Below, one piece after another: positions 27,202 to 37,221 of a DNA stretch of 64,000 nt. Source of the DNA: a virus; IMG/VR virus record IMGVR_UViG_3300032770_000003, positions 96,001 to 160,000 of that record; one strand, 5' to 3'. The notes beneath the pieces are model-generated. The model saw only the letters and a list, made by a program, of their open reading frames with translations, made no database searches and was not told the DNA's origin. Positions within the stretch are counted from its first letter, which is position 1. Each line of letters begins with the position of its first letter. Both the position numbers and the translations under genes were made by a program.

Positions 27202-28812
27202 TCAGCGTCCGCCCCATGGAATGTCCATCCGTGGGTGTACGTTGTGGATAAGGCGGAGCCGCATCTCAGCGATCTCCTGACTCCGACGAAGATCGTCCTG
27301 AACCCTCTTCAGGCGGATGTCTTCGCTGTCAGCGACTCCCTGCACGGTATCAGTGACGGGGGGTGCAATACCGGTATACATCCGGGATGTCTGAGTCGTA
27401 GCCGAACGGAAGATTCCGTTCGGGTCGTAAGCCGGCTGGCGAAGGTACACGGGAATGGCAAGCGCACGAGAGGTGAGCGCCTTGTCCATGTGATGCTCTT
27501 TGCACATGCCCGCCTTGCACGCTTTGCAGGAACCCGCATCGGACATTGACTTGCTGTGGGCTCCGATTCCCATGCTTCCTCCGGTCCCTGCACTAGCAGC
27601 AGGAGCAGCCGAAGCTGCTGGCGCCGGTGCGGGTGTTGTGTGTTGTGCTGGTGCTGTCGCTGCAGGAGCTGCAGGTGCGGGCGCAGCGGGAGCAGCAGGT
27701 GCGGGAGCCGGCGAAGACGCCTGTCCGCCGCCTCCTCCACCGCCACCTCCACCGCCACCTCCAGCGCCACCTCCAGCGCTGTGGCCACCGCCGCCCCCCA
27801 TGTGGCCGCCCATGCTGGGTGTGATCGGCGCAGTCAGTGACTGAATCCCTGAGCTGGCAAGGTGGCTCGCCTCACCCGCCAGGGCGGTCGGTGGACCAAC
27901 AGTTGGGCCGCCTGCTTCAGCCCCCAGCTCGCGACCGAACCCCATACCCTGTGCCCAGCCGCTTCCAGCTGTCGGACCAAACGTCGTATCGAGACCACCG
28001 CCACCAGCCATGGCGTGTTTCAGAATGTTCAGCGCCTCACGATTGGTTTCGAGAGAGCGGCGGTAGAACATCTTGAAGCCGTGGTGAGCCCATTCCAGAG
28101 GGCTCTTGTGACCTTCCTCTTCTTCCTCCTCCTCTTCCTCCTCCTCTTCCTCCTCCTTCTCTTTCCCTTCCGCCTTCATCAGGCCAAAGAGAGCGCCGAG
28201 AGACTTGTCGGCGCCGTCGCCACGGTCCTTGGCATCGACGCCTTCCGACTCCACCTCATTGGGGGAGACAGTGATGGTCACGTTGATCTCGGGCGCGAAA
28301 GAGACGTCACCGTCCGCCTCACCGTCAGAGCCTGTGGCCTTCTTGACCATGCCATCGGAGCACTTCTCCACCTCTTCCATGAAGCCTTCCATGGATGGAT
28401 CTTCGTCACGCAATTCGGTGTTCTTCTTCACCGCTTTGGCACCACCCATGAGTTGAGCATCAGTCAAGACAGGAACCTCCACAGTGGGACGTTGATGACG
28501 ATCGGGAATCTTTGCCATGGGCCGGGGCTCTTCGGCGCGGCTCTGGTACTTGATCGGATCAAGCACAGGCAGCTCCTGTGTCTTGGCGTTCTCGCGATTG
28601 CCCCGCGGTCCGTACTTTGGTCTGCCGCTCGACGTGGTCCCAATGACGTTGCCACCACGGGAACCAACATCCTTTGAAACGGACTTACCGCCTGCTCTGC
28701 GCTGGGTCTCAAGTGCAATCGCAATTGCTTGATCCCGTGGTTTGCCAGCTTCCTGCTCGCGTTTTATGTTATCACCCACTGCGTCATCAGAAGGGCTATT
28801 CACTAGGGGCAT
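27202..28812 (-). CDS. low-complexity (poly-Glu, Gly/Ala/Pro) probable internal virion protein
   Basis: Start MPLVNSPSD with GGAGG RBS; NIKREQEAGKPRDQAIAIAL motif. Confidence 0.6.
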   Translation of the reverse strand: MPLVNSPSDDAVGDNIKREQEAGKPRDQAIAIALETQRRAGGKSVSKDVGSRGGNVIGTTSSGRPKYGPRGNRENAKTQELPVLDPIKYQSRAEEPRPMAKIPDRHQRPTVEVPVLTDAQLMGGAKAVKKNTELRDEDPSMEGFMEEVEKCSDGMVKKATGSDGEADGDVSFAPEINVTITVSPNEVESEGVDAKDRGDGADKSLGALFGLMKAEGKEKEEEEEEEEEEEEEEGHKSPLEWAHHGFKMFYRRSLETNREALNILKHAMAGGGGLDTTFGPTAGSGWAQGMGFGRELGAEAGGPTVGPPTALAGEASHLASSGIQSLTAPITPSMGGHMGGGGGHSAGGGAGGGGGGGGGGGGGQASSPAPAPAAPAAPAPAAPAATAPAQHTTPAPAPAASAAPAASAGTGGSMGIGAHSKSMSDAGSCKACKAGMCKEHHMDKALTSRALAIPVYLRQPAYDPNGIFRSATTQTSRMYTGIAPPVTDTVQGVADSEDIRLKRVQDDLRRSQEIAEMRLRLIHNVHPRMDIPWGGR

Positions 28813-28814
28813 GG

Positions 28815-29531
28815 TCAAGCCTCCGCACACAACACGGACTGACGTGTGGTTTTTGTCAATCTCGTAATGTTGACTGAGCCGTCCGACTCCCTTGATTGCA
28901 CAGTTGCTAAAGCAACTTTCTTCATTACAGAACTGAGTCTGACACCACAAGCACGTGCCCACTGCTCTGGAGATTTGGCTGCCTTAGTACTGTTGCAGGG
29001 CTTGCACGCCGGAGCCAAGTTGTGTCGAGCGTGAAGTCCGCCCTTTACCAGAGGTACGATATGGTCAAGTGTCGTGGCGGCTCGTTTGCGGCACCAAGCG
29101 CATTTGCCATCGAACGTACGAAAAAGGACGCGCAAGAATTCCAGACTAACAATCTCAACAGTGGCTGAGTGTATTCGTGCGCGACGACGATGCCAGCGCA
29201 ACAAGGCACCAATTTTGCCCACAGGGCTGTAGTAATAGGCGCGGTTCTGTTTGAGTATCGCAGCCCTGTGCTTTGTATATCGAGAAGCGTGATAGGCCGC
29301 TATCTTTGTCTTGTTCGCCTGTCGGTAGGCGATGTCCTTTTCTCTGTTGTTACTGCGGTAACGTAATTCGATTTCACGAACCTTGGCGTAGTTGGTCTTG
29401 CGATAGACCTTGGCACGAAGGCGATGACACACACGACACCAACCTCCGTATCCATTCGGACAATTCTTATTCCTGACGAACGCACTGAGTGGAAGTGTGT
29501 GTCGACATTTGATACAAATGCGCGTGATCAT
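28815..29531 (-). CDS. HNH endonuclease
   Basis: CAWC...TLDHIVPLVKGG.H...NLAPACKPCNSTK. Confidence 0.88.
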   Translation of the reverse strand: MITRICIKCRHTLPLSAFVRNKNCPNGYGGWCRVCHRLRAKVYRKTNYAKVREIELRYRSNNREKDIAYRQANKTKIAAYHASRYTKHRAAILKQNRAYYYSPVGKIGALLRWHRRRARIHSATVEIVSLEFLRVLFRTFDGKCAWCRKRAATTLDHIVPLVKGGLHARHNLAPACKPCNSTKAAKSPEQWARACGVRLSSVMKKVALATVQSRESDGSVNITRLTKTTRQSVLCAEA

Positions 29532-32512
29532 TGTTTCATACCAGGGCCGCTTGCGGCCGCTTCATTATCTTGCCCGAAGTTGTCACTGTACTTCGGCCCA
29601 GCGGGTTTTCCTTCACCACCAGGACTACCACCGGGTTTACCTCCAGCTCCGGCGCCTCCTTGAGCCAATCCCTGCGCCTGAAGTGCGCTAATGTATACCG
29701 GATTGAGGGGGACATCTCCACCTGGAAGTGGTGGCAGTGAAACCGTCTGTCTTCCTTCATTCAAACTCATGTAGCTGCTGATCTGCTCGACCAGCATCTC
29801 GTGTTTCTCGTTCTCGGACAGCTCATCGAGTCCGACGAACTCAAAGGTGAAGTGATCGTCGATCTTGTCGATGACGTGCTTGTTGATCAGCTTCGCGATG
29901 AACCGCAGAATTGGCTTGAGACCGCGGTCGCGCGAGGCTTTGAGCTTCCACTCCTGCGATGCCTCGAACAGCGGAGTCTGTTGCTGGCCTCCGTGGATCT
30001 CGAAGTTGATCTCAGCCGGATCGATCAGATACACGCCACAGGTGATCTTGATCAGATACTCAATCCACTTGCCGAACTCCATCTCCTGATTGGTCTTGGC
30101 GAGGTCAACCCACTCCAATCCTTCTGACTGGAGGATAGGAGTCTTCCAGCTGTTCTCGACGCCCGAGACCTGTGCGAGCCACTGCCGGCGGAACCCTTCC
30201 AGCTGCTCAGGGGTGTAGTTGTCGCCCTTGAGGTTGAGGATGCCTTTGGGGGCAGTACCCTGAGAGAAGAACTTCCGGTTGTACTCCTCTGCGTAGAGGT
30301 GAGCGGTCACAATCGTGATGAGCTGCTCCAGCTCACCAAAGCCGTAACCCTGAATGTAGATGTCCGTGCGCGGGTTGCGAACCCCGAAGGACAGCTCGCT
30401 CGACGAGTAGACGTTCTCGATCTGGCCGTTGATGACCTGGACGTAGGCGATAGGACGGTTGCCGGAAAGCGGCTGTCCGTACTCACGCCCTTCGTAGAGG
30501 TTGGCGAAGCGACCCGGGACCGTGGGCTTGAAGCCCATGCGATCGTGGTACGACGTGTTCACGCCGACATAGCGATCGTCTGCTGCGATCCGGATCGTGG
30601 CTGCATCGACCGCCCAAAACTCGTAGGGGAGGCCCATACCGTCGGGCACCACCTCGAAGCAGCAGTTGTGACTGGCGAAGCCTTCCGCTATGTAACTATG
30701 ATCCTCGTCAATCTCCAAGTTGAACACTGGGTAGTTCTCTACCCGCTCGCGAGTCACTTGTTCGATCTTGATGTAGAGGAATTCATCATCCTGAATGAAT
30801 GCACTACGCTGTTGCGTAGGAACAGGAATGTTCAGCAGGCGTCCATCGGACAGCGTCTGAAGACCTGTCCCACTGATGCGACCAACATACTTTTCTGAGT
30901 GATTGCGGCTATACGCCTCGTGCACGATCACCTGAGCCGGCACCACAGAACAACGGGTGTACATTCCCGCAGCTGCGAGCAATACCCGAAGTCCACCAAA
31001 GAGCGCACGAGAGACTGTAGAAAAAGTCATAGAGGAGTTCGCTACGCTCCCATCACAGGCAAGGTAGCCGCGAAGGAAAGCCGCACGCACTTCGTCACTG
31101 GCTTCGAACATCCAAGATGGAACCCTCTTGTTGTGTGCACCATCACCGAAGTTCTCAGCCATGAAGCGGGCTAGCTCCACTGAGTTGCCAGTCACTCCTG
31201 TGGCTGCACAGTCATCGTAACCAACGTCAGTCGTGCCAATTCCCAGGGAATCGAACACCTGGACGGCATGTATCAGCAGATGTTCATCATCTTTGTGGAA
31301 GGTCAAACCAACCGCGTTTGGTTCCTTGCGGGAGTTCTTTCCTGTGTGTCCGTTTGCTGTATAGAAGCCGCAAAAGGTCGCGAACTTCTCATCGAGGGTG
31401 ACAGTATTAGGACGCGGAAGTGGTGAACGTGAAAAGCCGCGTTTCTCTGCTTCGTCCTTGACGAGCTGAATTGCTGGTCCGCCCCTGCGATAATAGCCGC
31501 ATAGAATTGCCCGCACAGTAACGACGTTGATGCCAGTCGCATCCGCAATCTCTCGATAAGGAATATTCGGGTACTGTCGAGCTTTGGTCTTGTCGAAGAT
31601 CTGAAATTGAATCGGCTCAGTACGAATCGTAAGTTTGGGCTTTGGATAGACGAGATAGTGTTCGTCAGTCAGCTCCGAAGCTGGTGTCCAATCAGGCTTG
31701 ATTCCCTTGCCGCGTGATGATGTCAGCCTGAACCATCGATCTGTAACTGCCAAGAACGGATGCTCGGAGGTGGCCCCGACTGACTGTCCACCAGACCGGA
31801 TCGTAATCAAATCACCCGTATACAAGCGGCGCATGCGCTCGACCACACGCCGAATGCGTCCGGTGTGGGTCCGGACTTCGGTTCCTACTTCGATGGTCTC
31901 GATGGACTGAGGCACACCATCCGCGCACTCAATCTGCGTTGACGCAGGATGACACTGATCCAGAACCAAGCTGTCGCGGACGATCTTGCGCAGAAAGTTT
32001 TCGAAGTCGTCTCGATCGACACGCGCGTAGGGGTTGCGCTCAGCCCGACCACAGCGAAGGACGAAATCCTCCAGCTCCTTGATGAACTCCACCTCCGCCG
32101 GTGTCATCCGGTGGTCGGGGTCCTTGTGCCGAATCGCAAAGCCCAGCGAGCGCGTCCAGCGGTAGGGCTGCGCGAACGATGCCACCTGGGCCGCGCGAGT
32201 GTTGATGATCGCGTTTATGATCCCAAGCTGGGTGGCGATGCGCTTCAGGGTTTCGTAGGTCAGCGAGAAGCGACGATCCTTGTACCCCAGCGCGTACTGC
32301 AGACTGAGAGGATCGTGCATCCAGCTCTTCGGTGAGCGCTGGGGATCGGTGTTCGGGATCTGCTTCCAGGCTTTGCGCAGCTCTTGCGCGACGATGACCG
32401 GAATGTGTTGCGTGGCCACCTGGGCAGCCGCCACCGTCTTGATGATCGACTCCATGTTGAGCCCGAGAGGGCCTGACATGGATGCACCTTTGTCCTTGCG
32501 CCGACGACTCAT
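29528..32512 (-). CDS. portal protein containing an intein
   Basis: FLRKIVRDSL..DQ; VRNPRTDIY..GYG..ELE; FFSQGTAPKGIL; DPAEINF. Confidence 0.9.
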   Translation of the reverse strand: MSRRRKDKGASMSGPLGLNMESIIKTVAAAQVATQHIPVIVAQELRKAWKQIPNTDPQRSPKSWMHDPLSLQYALGYKDRRFSLTYETLKRIATQLGIINAIINTRAAQVASFAQPYRWTRSLGFAIRHKDPDHRMTPAEVEFIKELEDFVLRCGRAERNPYARVDRDDFENFLRKIVRDSLVLDQCHPASTQIECADGVPQSIETIEVGTEVRTHTGRIRRVVERMRRLYTGDLITIRSGGQSVGATSEHPFLAVTDRWFRLTSSRGKGIKPDWTPASELTDEHYLVYPKPKLTIRTEPIQFQIFDKTKARQYPNIPYREIADATGINVVTVRAILCGYYRRGGPAIQLVKDEAEKRGFSRSPLPRPNTVTLDEKFATFCGFYTANGHTGKNSRKEPNAVGLTFHKDDEHLLIHAVQVFDSLGIGTTDVGYDDCAATGVTGNSVELARFMAENFGDGAHNKRVPSWMFEASDEVRAAFLRGYLACDGSVANSSMTFSTVSRALFGGLRVLLAAAGMYTRCSVVPAQVIVHEAYSRNHSEKYVGRISGTGLQTLSDGRLLNIPVPTQQRSAFIQDDEFLYIKIEQVTRERVENYPVFNLEIDEDHSYIAEGFASHNCCFEVVPDGMGLPYEFWAVDAATIRIAADDRYVGVNTSYHDRMGFKPTVPGRFANLYEGREYGQPLSGNRPIAYVQVINGQIENVYSSSELSFGVRNPRTDIYIQGYGFGELEQLITIVTAHLYAEEYNRKFFSQGTAPKGILNLKGDNYTPEQLEGFRRQWLAQVSGVENSWKTPILQSEGLEWVDLAKTNQEMEFGKWIEYLIKITCGVYLIDPAEINFEIHGGQQQTPLFEASQEWKLKASRDRGLKPILRFIAKLINKHVIDKIDDHFTFEFVGLDELSENEKHEMLVEQISSYMSLNEGRQTVSLPPLPGGDVPLNPVYISALQAQGLAQGGAGAGGKPGGSPGGEGKPAGPKYSDNFGQDNEAAASGPGMKQ
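30665..31954 (-). mobile_element. intein (430 aa) with LAGLIDADG endonuclease and HTH
   Basis: CHPAST start, ATSEHPF block B, FLRGYLACDGSV, VFNLEI...ASHN|C end. Confidence 0.9.
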
Positions 32513-32515
32513 CGC

Positions 32516-33460
32516 TTACGGTCTCCCGATGTAGTCGCGCAGGCCGTTCAACCGCTCACGCAGACGAGCCGCCTTCCACTGCTCGAACGCAGCCCGATGA
32601 CGAGGGGCCAAGCGAATGCCCTTGGCGATCTGCTCAGGCGTGACACCCATGGCGTCTTGCAAGAACTGCTGTTCGAGCGAGGACACCGGCGGGGCCACAC
32701 GCGGCGCCGTCGCCTGGAGTTGTTGACCATACGACTTGAGCAGGTCAACAGCACTCCAGTGCTTCTCGCCATCGTTCGTCGCCAAAGGCGCGAGCCCATC
32801 ACCAGCTCGCGTGAACAACTGCGGCTGTTGTGAACGGGTGATCGGCTCGTGCCAGTTGCGACCGGTGGTCTCGTCCTCAGGCATCTGTGCTGCGGTATTA
32901 CCGGGATGCACGTCAGTCTGGAGACGTGGTTGCTCCTGGATCGACTGATCCTCAGTGCGATTCACAGTGGCTGCGGACGGAATCGGAACCGCACCCTTCT
33001 CAGTCTCATCCTTCTTGTCGTCGTCGAACTCAGTGCCTTCCAGCGAGGCTTCTTCGACAGTCTCCCCTGGATCGAGCGGTGCCTTGGCCGTGCCCTTGGC
33101 CAGATCACAGCCATAGGGGCACGTCTTGAGCAGCTTCGAAGCCTCGAAGATCTGCGCCGGCTCAGTCGCCTTGACCAGCTTGAAATCAGCATTGGGGGCA
33201 TAGCTGAAGTACCAGAGATCTCCAGACGTCGACTTCACCGTGCCCCGATAGGCTTCCATGCGCCCGCGGCGCATGACTCCGTAGCGGATCGAAGCAGGAA
33301 TGACTCCGCAATCGACTGCTCCGCGAACCAGGAACTCGTCCATGTCGATGTGCTGCATGGACAGAGAGCGGTACATCGAGAGGAATGAGCCCTGCTCATC
33401 GTCTTTGCGAGCCGCCAGCGCGTTGGCGTCGCTCTCATCGACGTGAATGAATTCACTCAT
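32516..33460 (-). CDS. hypothetical protein
   Basis: 314 aa, coupled in operon. Confidence 0.6.
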   Translation of the reverse strand: MSEFIHVDESDANALAARKDDEQGSFLSMYRSLSMQHIDMDEFLVRGAVDCGVIPASIRYGVMRRGRMEAYRGTVKSTSGDLWYFSYAPNADFKLVKATEPAQIFEASKLLKTCPYGCDLAKGTAKAPLDPGETVEEASLEGTEFDDDKKDETEKGAVPIPSAATVNRTEDQSIQEQPRLQTDVHPGNTAAQMPEDETTGRNWHEPITRSQQPQLFTRAGDGLAPLATNDGEKHWSAVDLLKSYGQQLQATAPRVAPPVSSLEQQFLQDAMGVTPEQIAKGIRLAPRHRAAFEQWKAARLRERLNGLRDYIGRP

Positions 33461-34203
33461 TGATTACCTGTGTGCATTGCCTGCCAGGCTCGCAGAGCAT
33501 TCAGATAGCCCTGTTGCTGCCCCTGCAGATAGCCACTCGCCGTCTCCAACCGCTTCGCTGGTTCCTGCTTCTCCTGCGGCGCGGGCTTGTAGTTGAGCAA
33601 GGTGTGAACGCCGTGAATCGTGGTCGGCGGATCCATCGGGCGAAGGCTCTGAGCTGTCGGCACCTGCTGCGGAGCTTGAGAAGGCTGCTGCTGTGGCTGC
33701 GCATCCATGTACGAAGGCGCCTGGTAGCCGTAGCCCCCTGGTTCGGTTCCCGGGTTCGAGGGGGCGGGAGCTGGCTCAGGGTTCTCTTCGTTGTGACGCG
33801 TTACAACATGTTCGAGCTTGGCCAGATGGTGGTCAGCCAGTGCGCCCCCGCTCTTCGGCGCTTGGATGAAGCCGCCCGAACGCGGATCGTGGAACGAGTT
33901 GCCCGAACCGGACGCGGGGTGGAAAACCGCGATGCGACGTCCTTTCACTAGGGTCGCGTCTAGGAAACTCTTGTTCGCGCACGGTACGCCCGGCCGGTGC
34001 CAGCGGCTGCACGAGGTGCAGTAGGTGCTAGCTGGTGCTCGGTTGTCCGCGCCGGTGAGCGGGTTCCCCGCTCCCATCATGCGTTTGGCCTGCTGGTCAG
34101 CGAACGAGTCCTTGTGATGCTTCTCGTCAAGGCTGTCGCCTTGACCCTTGAGCAGCTCGGGCTCGATGAAGTACGCGCGGCGCATGATGGGAGCTGATCC
34201 CAA
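33457..34203 (-). CDS. hypothetical protein
   Basis: 248 aa, coupled in operon. Confidence 0.55.
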   Translation of the reverse strand: MGSAPIMRRAYFIEPELLKGQGDSLDEKHHKDSFADQQAKRMMGAGNPLTGADNRAPASTYCTSCSRWHRPGVPCANKSFLDATLVKGRRIAVFHPASGSGNSFHDPRSGGFIQAPKSGGALADHHLAKLEHVVTRHNEENPEPAPAPSNPGTEPGGYGYQAPSYMDAQPQQQPSQAPQQVPTAQSLRPMDPPTTIHGVHTLLNYKPAPQEKQEPAKRLETASGYLQGQQQGYLNALRAWQAMHTGNQ

Positions 34204-34206
34204 CGG

Positions 34207-34956
34207 TCATTCCTCGTAGCCGCCCGCGCCCATCGGGCGGGGGTTGACTCCGATCACATTCGCGCTGTTGGGGTTGCTGGCAGCGTTGCGCCCCACGACC
34301 GTGGCCCCGGTAACGGTTCGGGTACCAGCTTGGCTAGCCGGAGTGGCGGCGGCTGCCGTCCTGGTAGGACGGCGTCGCGTGCGCACGACCGCCTTCGCGA
34401 CCGACTGATCAGCCCGCCGCTGCCCCTCAGGCGGACGCGTGTCAGGGGTCATGGCCGTCAGCACGCTGTTGCCCAGCCCGCGCGTCTCTGGGACCTCGAT
34501 GAAGACGAAGTTCTGTGCGTAGCCGGGGTCCTCGATGAACAGCACCTCGGCGTCCTCGGTCCCCGTGGCACAGATCCGGTAGGTGGTTCCTTTGAGCAAG
34601 CGCAGGTGCGCGCCACTCTGCAGTCGGTGGTACGTCGACGAACCATCGTCCATCAGCTGCACAAACAGGCTGCCAGCACGACAGATGATCAGGCGATCCT
34701 GAGTCGGGTTGGCACCGAGTCCGAGGTTGTTGCCCGCTCCGATCACCTCCGAGCGAACGACAAACCGCTCGGTCTGCATCAGCGTCGAGGCGATCCCAGT
34801 CGCCGTCGTGACCCGATCCGTGAGGGGCACCGTCAGCCCCAGGCCCTGGCGGCGCATGATATCAGAGTGCTTCGTGCCGGCGTGCGGATCCTGGGCGCAG
34901 GCGGAAGTGCGGTTGCGCTTGTAGAAGTTCGATGCTCGGACGGGATTGAAACTCAT
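34207..34956 (-). CDS. cupin-like domain protein
   Basis: GGAGAGG RBS; beta-strand pattern CRAGSLFV...LQSGAHLRL.KGTTYRI. Confidence 0.5.
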   Translation of the reverse strand: MSFNPVRASNFYKRNRTSACAQDPHAGTKHSDIMRRQGLGLTVPLTDRVTTATGIASTLMQTERFVVRSEVIGAGNNLGLGANPTQDRLIICRAGSLFVQLMDDGSSTYHRLQSGAHLRLLKGTTYRICATGTEDAEVLFIEDPGYAQNFVFIEVPETRGLGNSVLTAMTPDTRPPEGQRRADQSVAKAVVRTRRRPTRTAAAATPASQAGTRTVTGATVVGRNAASNPNSANVIGVNPRPMGAGGYEE

Positions 34957-34965
34957 GACCTCTCC

Positions 34966-35250
34966 TCAATTGGTGTGCATGGCGCGAACGGCTTCACTTC
35001 CGGATTGAAGTGTGCCTCCACAGCGAAGCAGCTCATCGACGGTGAAGCGATGACCGCAATCGCACAGCAGCTGCCACAAGCCGGCTGTCAGGCTCGAAGC
35101 GTGGATTACACAGGTCGGTAGGGCGATCGGGCGATCACACACGGTGCACACCATCACGGTGTTCCGCGCGACACAAACCCATTCCCGCGTCGCTGCCGCT
35201 GCCGGTGACGGCGCTGGATGCTCAGGTCTTCGATGCGTTGTCGTCTCCAT
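34966..35250 (-). CDS. small Cys-rich zinc-finger protein
   Basis: CTVC...CDCGH. Confidence 0.4.
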   Translation of the reverse strand: METTTHRRPEHPAPSPAAAATREWVCVARNTVMVCTVCDRPIALPTCVIHASSLTAGLWQLLCDCGHRFTVDELLRCGGTLQSGSEAVRAMHTN

Positions 35251-35392
35251 TTGAGCCTGTTTTGGCGTTGCAGTAGGTCCTCCTGATACGCGCCAGGGCA
35301 TCTACACACGACCCGCATGTTCCCGATTTCTAGAAGCGGCTCCTTGCAGTGTGGACAAGAATCCATCCTAACCCCTCTACAACAAAGGCGTA

Positions 35393-35671
35393 CTATATAA
35401 CTGTTCGCCTGACAGTGCGAAGCTCTACTCTCGGTGCGAGATGCTCGATCTCGGGGTCAAGCTCGTACGTCGAAACGACCCGACCGAGAGTGTGCTTCCA
35501 CTGGTGAACGCACTGCCTGCTGACCTGAAAGATGAAGCTGATCTTTGCGCCGGAGGCTCCACTCCTGAGCATCTCGATCAGCTCGTTGAAGGCTTCGCGC
35601 CCGTACGTCTTGATCAGGTGATTCGCTAATGATTGCGCGCTGGTCTTGGGTTTTTCTTTGACTTCAGCCAC
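35393..35671 (-). CDS. HTH DNA-binding protein
   Basis: SGAKISFIFQVSRQCVHQW; preceded by TTGACA-N18-CATCCT. Confidence 0.65.
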   Translation of the reverse strand: MAEVKEKPKTSAQSLANHLIKTYGREAFNELIEMLRSGASGAKISFIFQVSRQCVHQWKHTLGRVVSTYELDPEIEHLAPRVELRTVRRTVI

Positions 35672-35732
35672 AGGTGCGAGGATGGAACCGAAGCGATTGA
35701 CCTGTCAAGTACTCTCAGGATGAGATGACAAG

Positions 35733-36044
35733 TCAACCTGCGGTTTGGGCTAGCCCACCTTCGACTACCTGGACGCGTGCCCAAACGCCTGCGGGCGTGA
35801 AAACGAAGTACCGCCCGCCCGCTGGCTCCGGCTCCTTGACCAAGTCGCCGGTGCGGATCTGGCGGTGCCCCTCAAGCTGAGACTCCTCCGGCTTCATGAG
35901 CGCGACCCGGAGCGCGACGTCTTTGACGCTGATCGCCTGAACGTCACCAGCCCACTCATAGTCGACGTCCAGGAAGGCAACCTCGGGAGCGCGGCCGTCG
36001 TAGAGCTTGCGGAACCAGACCTCGAACGCAGGCATCCCCCGCAA
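35733..36044 (-). CDS. hypothetical protein
   Basis: 103-aa ORF. Confidence 0.5.
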   Translation of the reverse strand: MRGMPAFEVWFRKLYDGRAPEVAFLDVDYEWAGDVQAISVKDVALRVALMKPEESQLEGHRQIRTGDLVKEPEPAGGRYFVFTPAGVWARVQVVEGGLAQTAG

Positions 36045-36085
36045 GCGTACACGCTCACGGGGGAAAGGCTAGAGACCCTGACTCG

Positions 36086-37177
36086 TCAGGGAGTCGGGGC
36101 GAACGCTCGCTGGACCACCCCCTCCACCACGGTGGCATCCGCCGGGGGCATCTGATTCAGGAAGCAGTATTTTGCCGCGATGAGAGGATTGCCCAGACTG
36201 ACGAGGGTGTTGGCCCAGTTGATCAGGTCGCGGTGAGAGAGCGGCGGCACCGAGATCTCGCCGTTCTGATACGCCTTCCGGATCTTGCCCGCGGCCTTGA
36301 CCAGGTAGCTGATGGCCAGCGGTTCGATCTTGCCCTCGAATCGGCGGCGCAGCATTTTGATCTCCTTCGCCTCGTCCAGGTATCCCAGGCTGATGGTGAG
36401 GCTGAAGCGTTTGAGCTGAGCGTAGTTTTGCACCTTGGTGCCGGCGTAGTGCCCACTCTCGTCACCCAGGCCACGCGTGTTGGCGGTGGCGAAGTACGTG
36501 TTGTCAGGGTGGAGGGGAACCAGCGTTCCGCCGGTTTCGAGCACCAGGAGCTGCCCCTGGTTCTGATCGAGGGGCCGCTGGAACACGAAGGCCGTGTCGT
36601 TGGTCATCGCATCCCACTCGTCGAGCAGGATGATGGTTCCCGGCATGCGGTGCGCTCGCGCGAGCATCCCCCAGGAGAAGTCCATCTCCTTGCCCTTGAC
36701 GATCCACTCGCCCACCAGATCGGGGCGCGTGATCCCGCCGTCGAGGCTGATCAGGACGACCTGATAGTTCAGCCGCGCGGCGATCTGCTGAATGAGCGTC
36801 GTCTTGCCGACGCCGCTGTGGCCGTGCACCAGCACCCGCTGCCGGGTGGCGAGCCCCATCAGCGCGATCTTGGTGTCTTCCTCCGGGAACTCGTAGCCCG
36901 GATCGATCTCCGGCACCCACGGCGTGCGATCGGCGTAGCCCATGATCTTGGGCGAGCGCCTGACCGGCTTGCCGTTCGCGTCCTTCTGTATGTTGCCAGA
37001 CGCGTCACGTACGAAGTAGTTCAAGCCGAACGTCTCCGAGACGTCGTACTCCTTCTTGACGCGCTCCGGATACTCCGGTGGTACCAGCGGCTGAAGTGGT
37101 GCCGTCCCCACCTGAACCTGCTGTTGACTGACCGGGCGGCGACGTAGCGGTGCAGCAGCAACCTCTTCTTGAGCCAT
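36086..37177 (-). CDS. MoxR/CobS-like AAA+ ATPase
   Basis: GHSGVGKT (Walker A), ILLDE (Walker B), ATANTRG. Confidence 0.85.
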   Translation of the reverse strand: MAQEEVAAAPLRRRPVSQQQVQVGTAPLQPLVPPEYPERVKKEYDVSETFGLNYFVRDASGNIQKDANGKPVRRSPKIMGYADRTPWVPEIDPGYEFPEEDTKIALMGLATRQRVLVHGHSGVGKTTLIQQIAARLNYQVVLISLDGGITRPDLVGEWIVKGKEMDFSWGMLARAHRMPGTIILLDEWDAMTNDTAFVFQRPLDQNQGQLLVLETGGTLVPLHPDNTYFATANTRGLGDESGHYAGTKVQNYAQLKRFSLTISLGYLDEAKEIKMLRRRFEGKIEPLAISYLVKAAGKIRKAYQNGEISVPPLSHRDLINWANTLVSLGNPLIAAKYCFLNQMPPADATVVEGVVQRAFAPTP

Positions 37178-37201
37178 GACTTCAGTTCCCCTTTCGACGG
37201 G

Positions 37202-37221
37202 AGGTCGATCCGCACAGAAGT
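37202..37221 (-). promoter_or_regulatory. conserved 20-bp motif
   Basis: ACTTCTGTGCGGATCGACCT; other copies at 14372, 39456, 43524, 45159, 45178 (+), 49825, 50881, 53183, 53745, 54823. Confidence 0.75.

Noticed and set aside
32516-35366. Terminase expected upstream of the portal
   Set aside because: No Walker A/B or RNase H-like nuclease motifs in these ORFs; it probably lies outside the window
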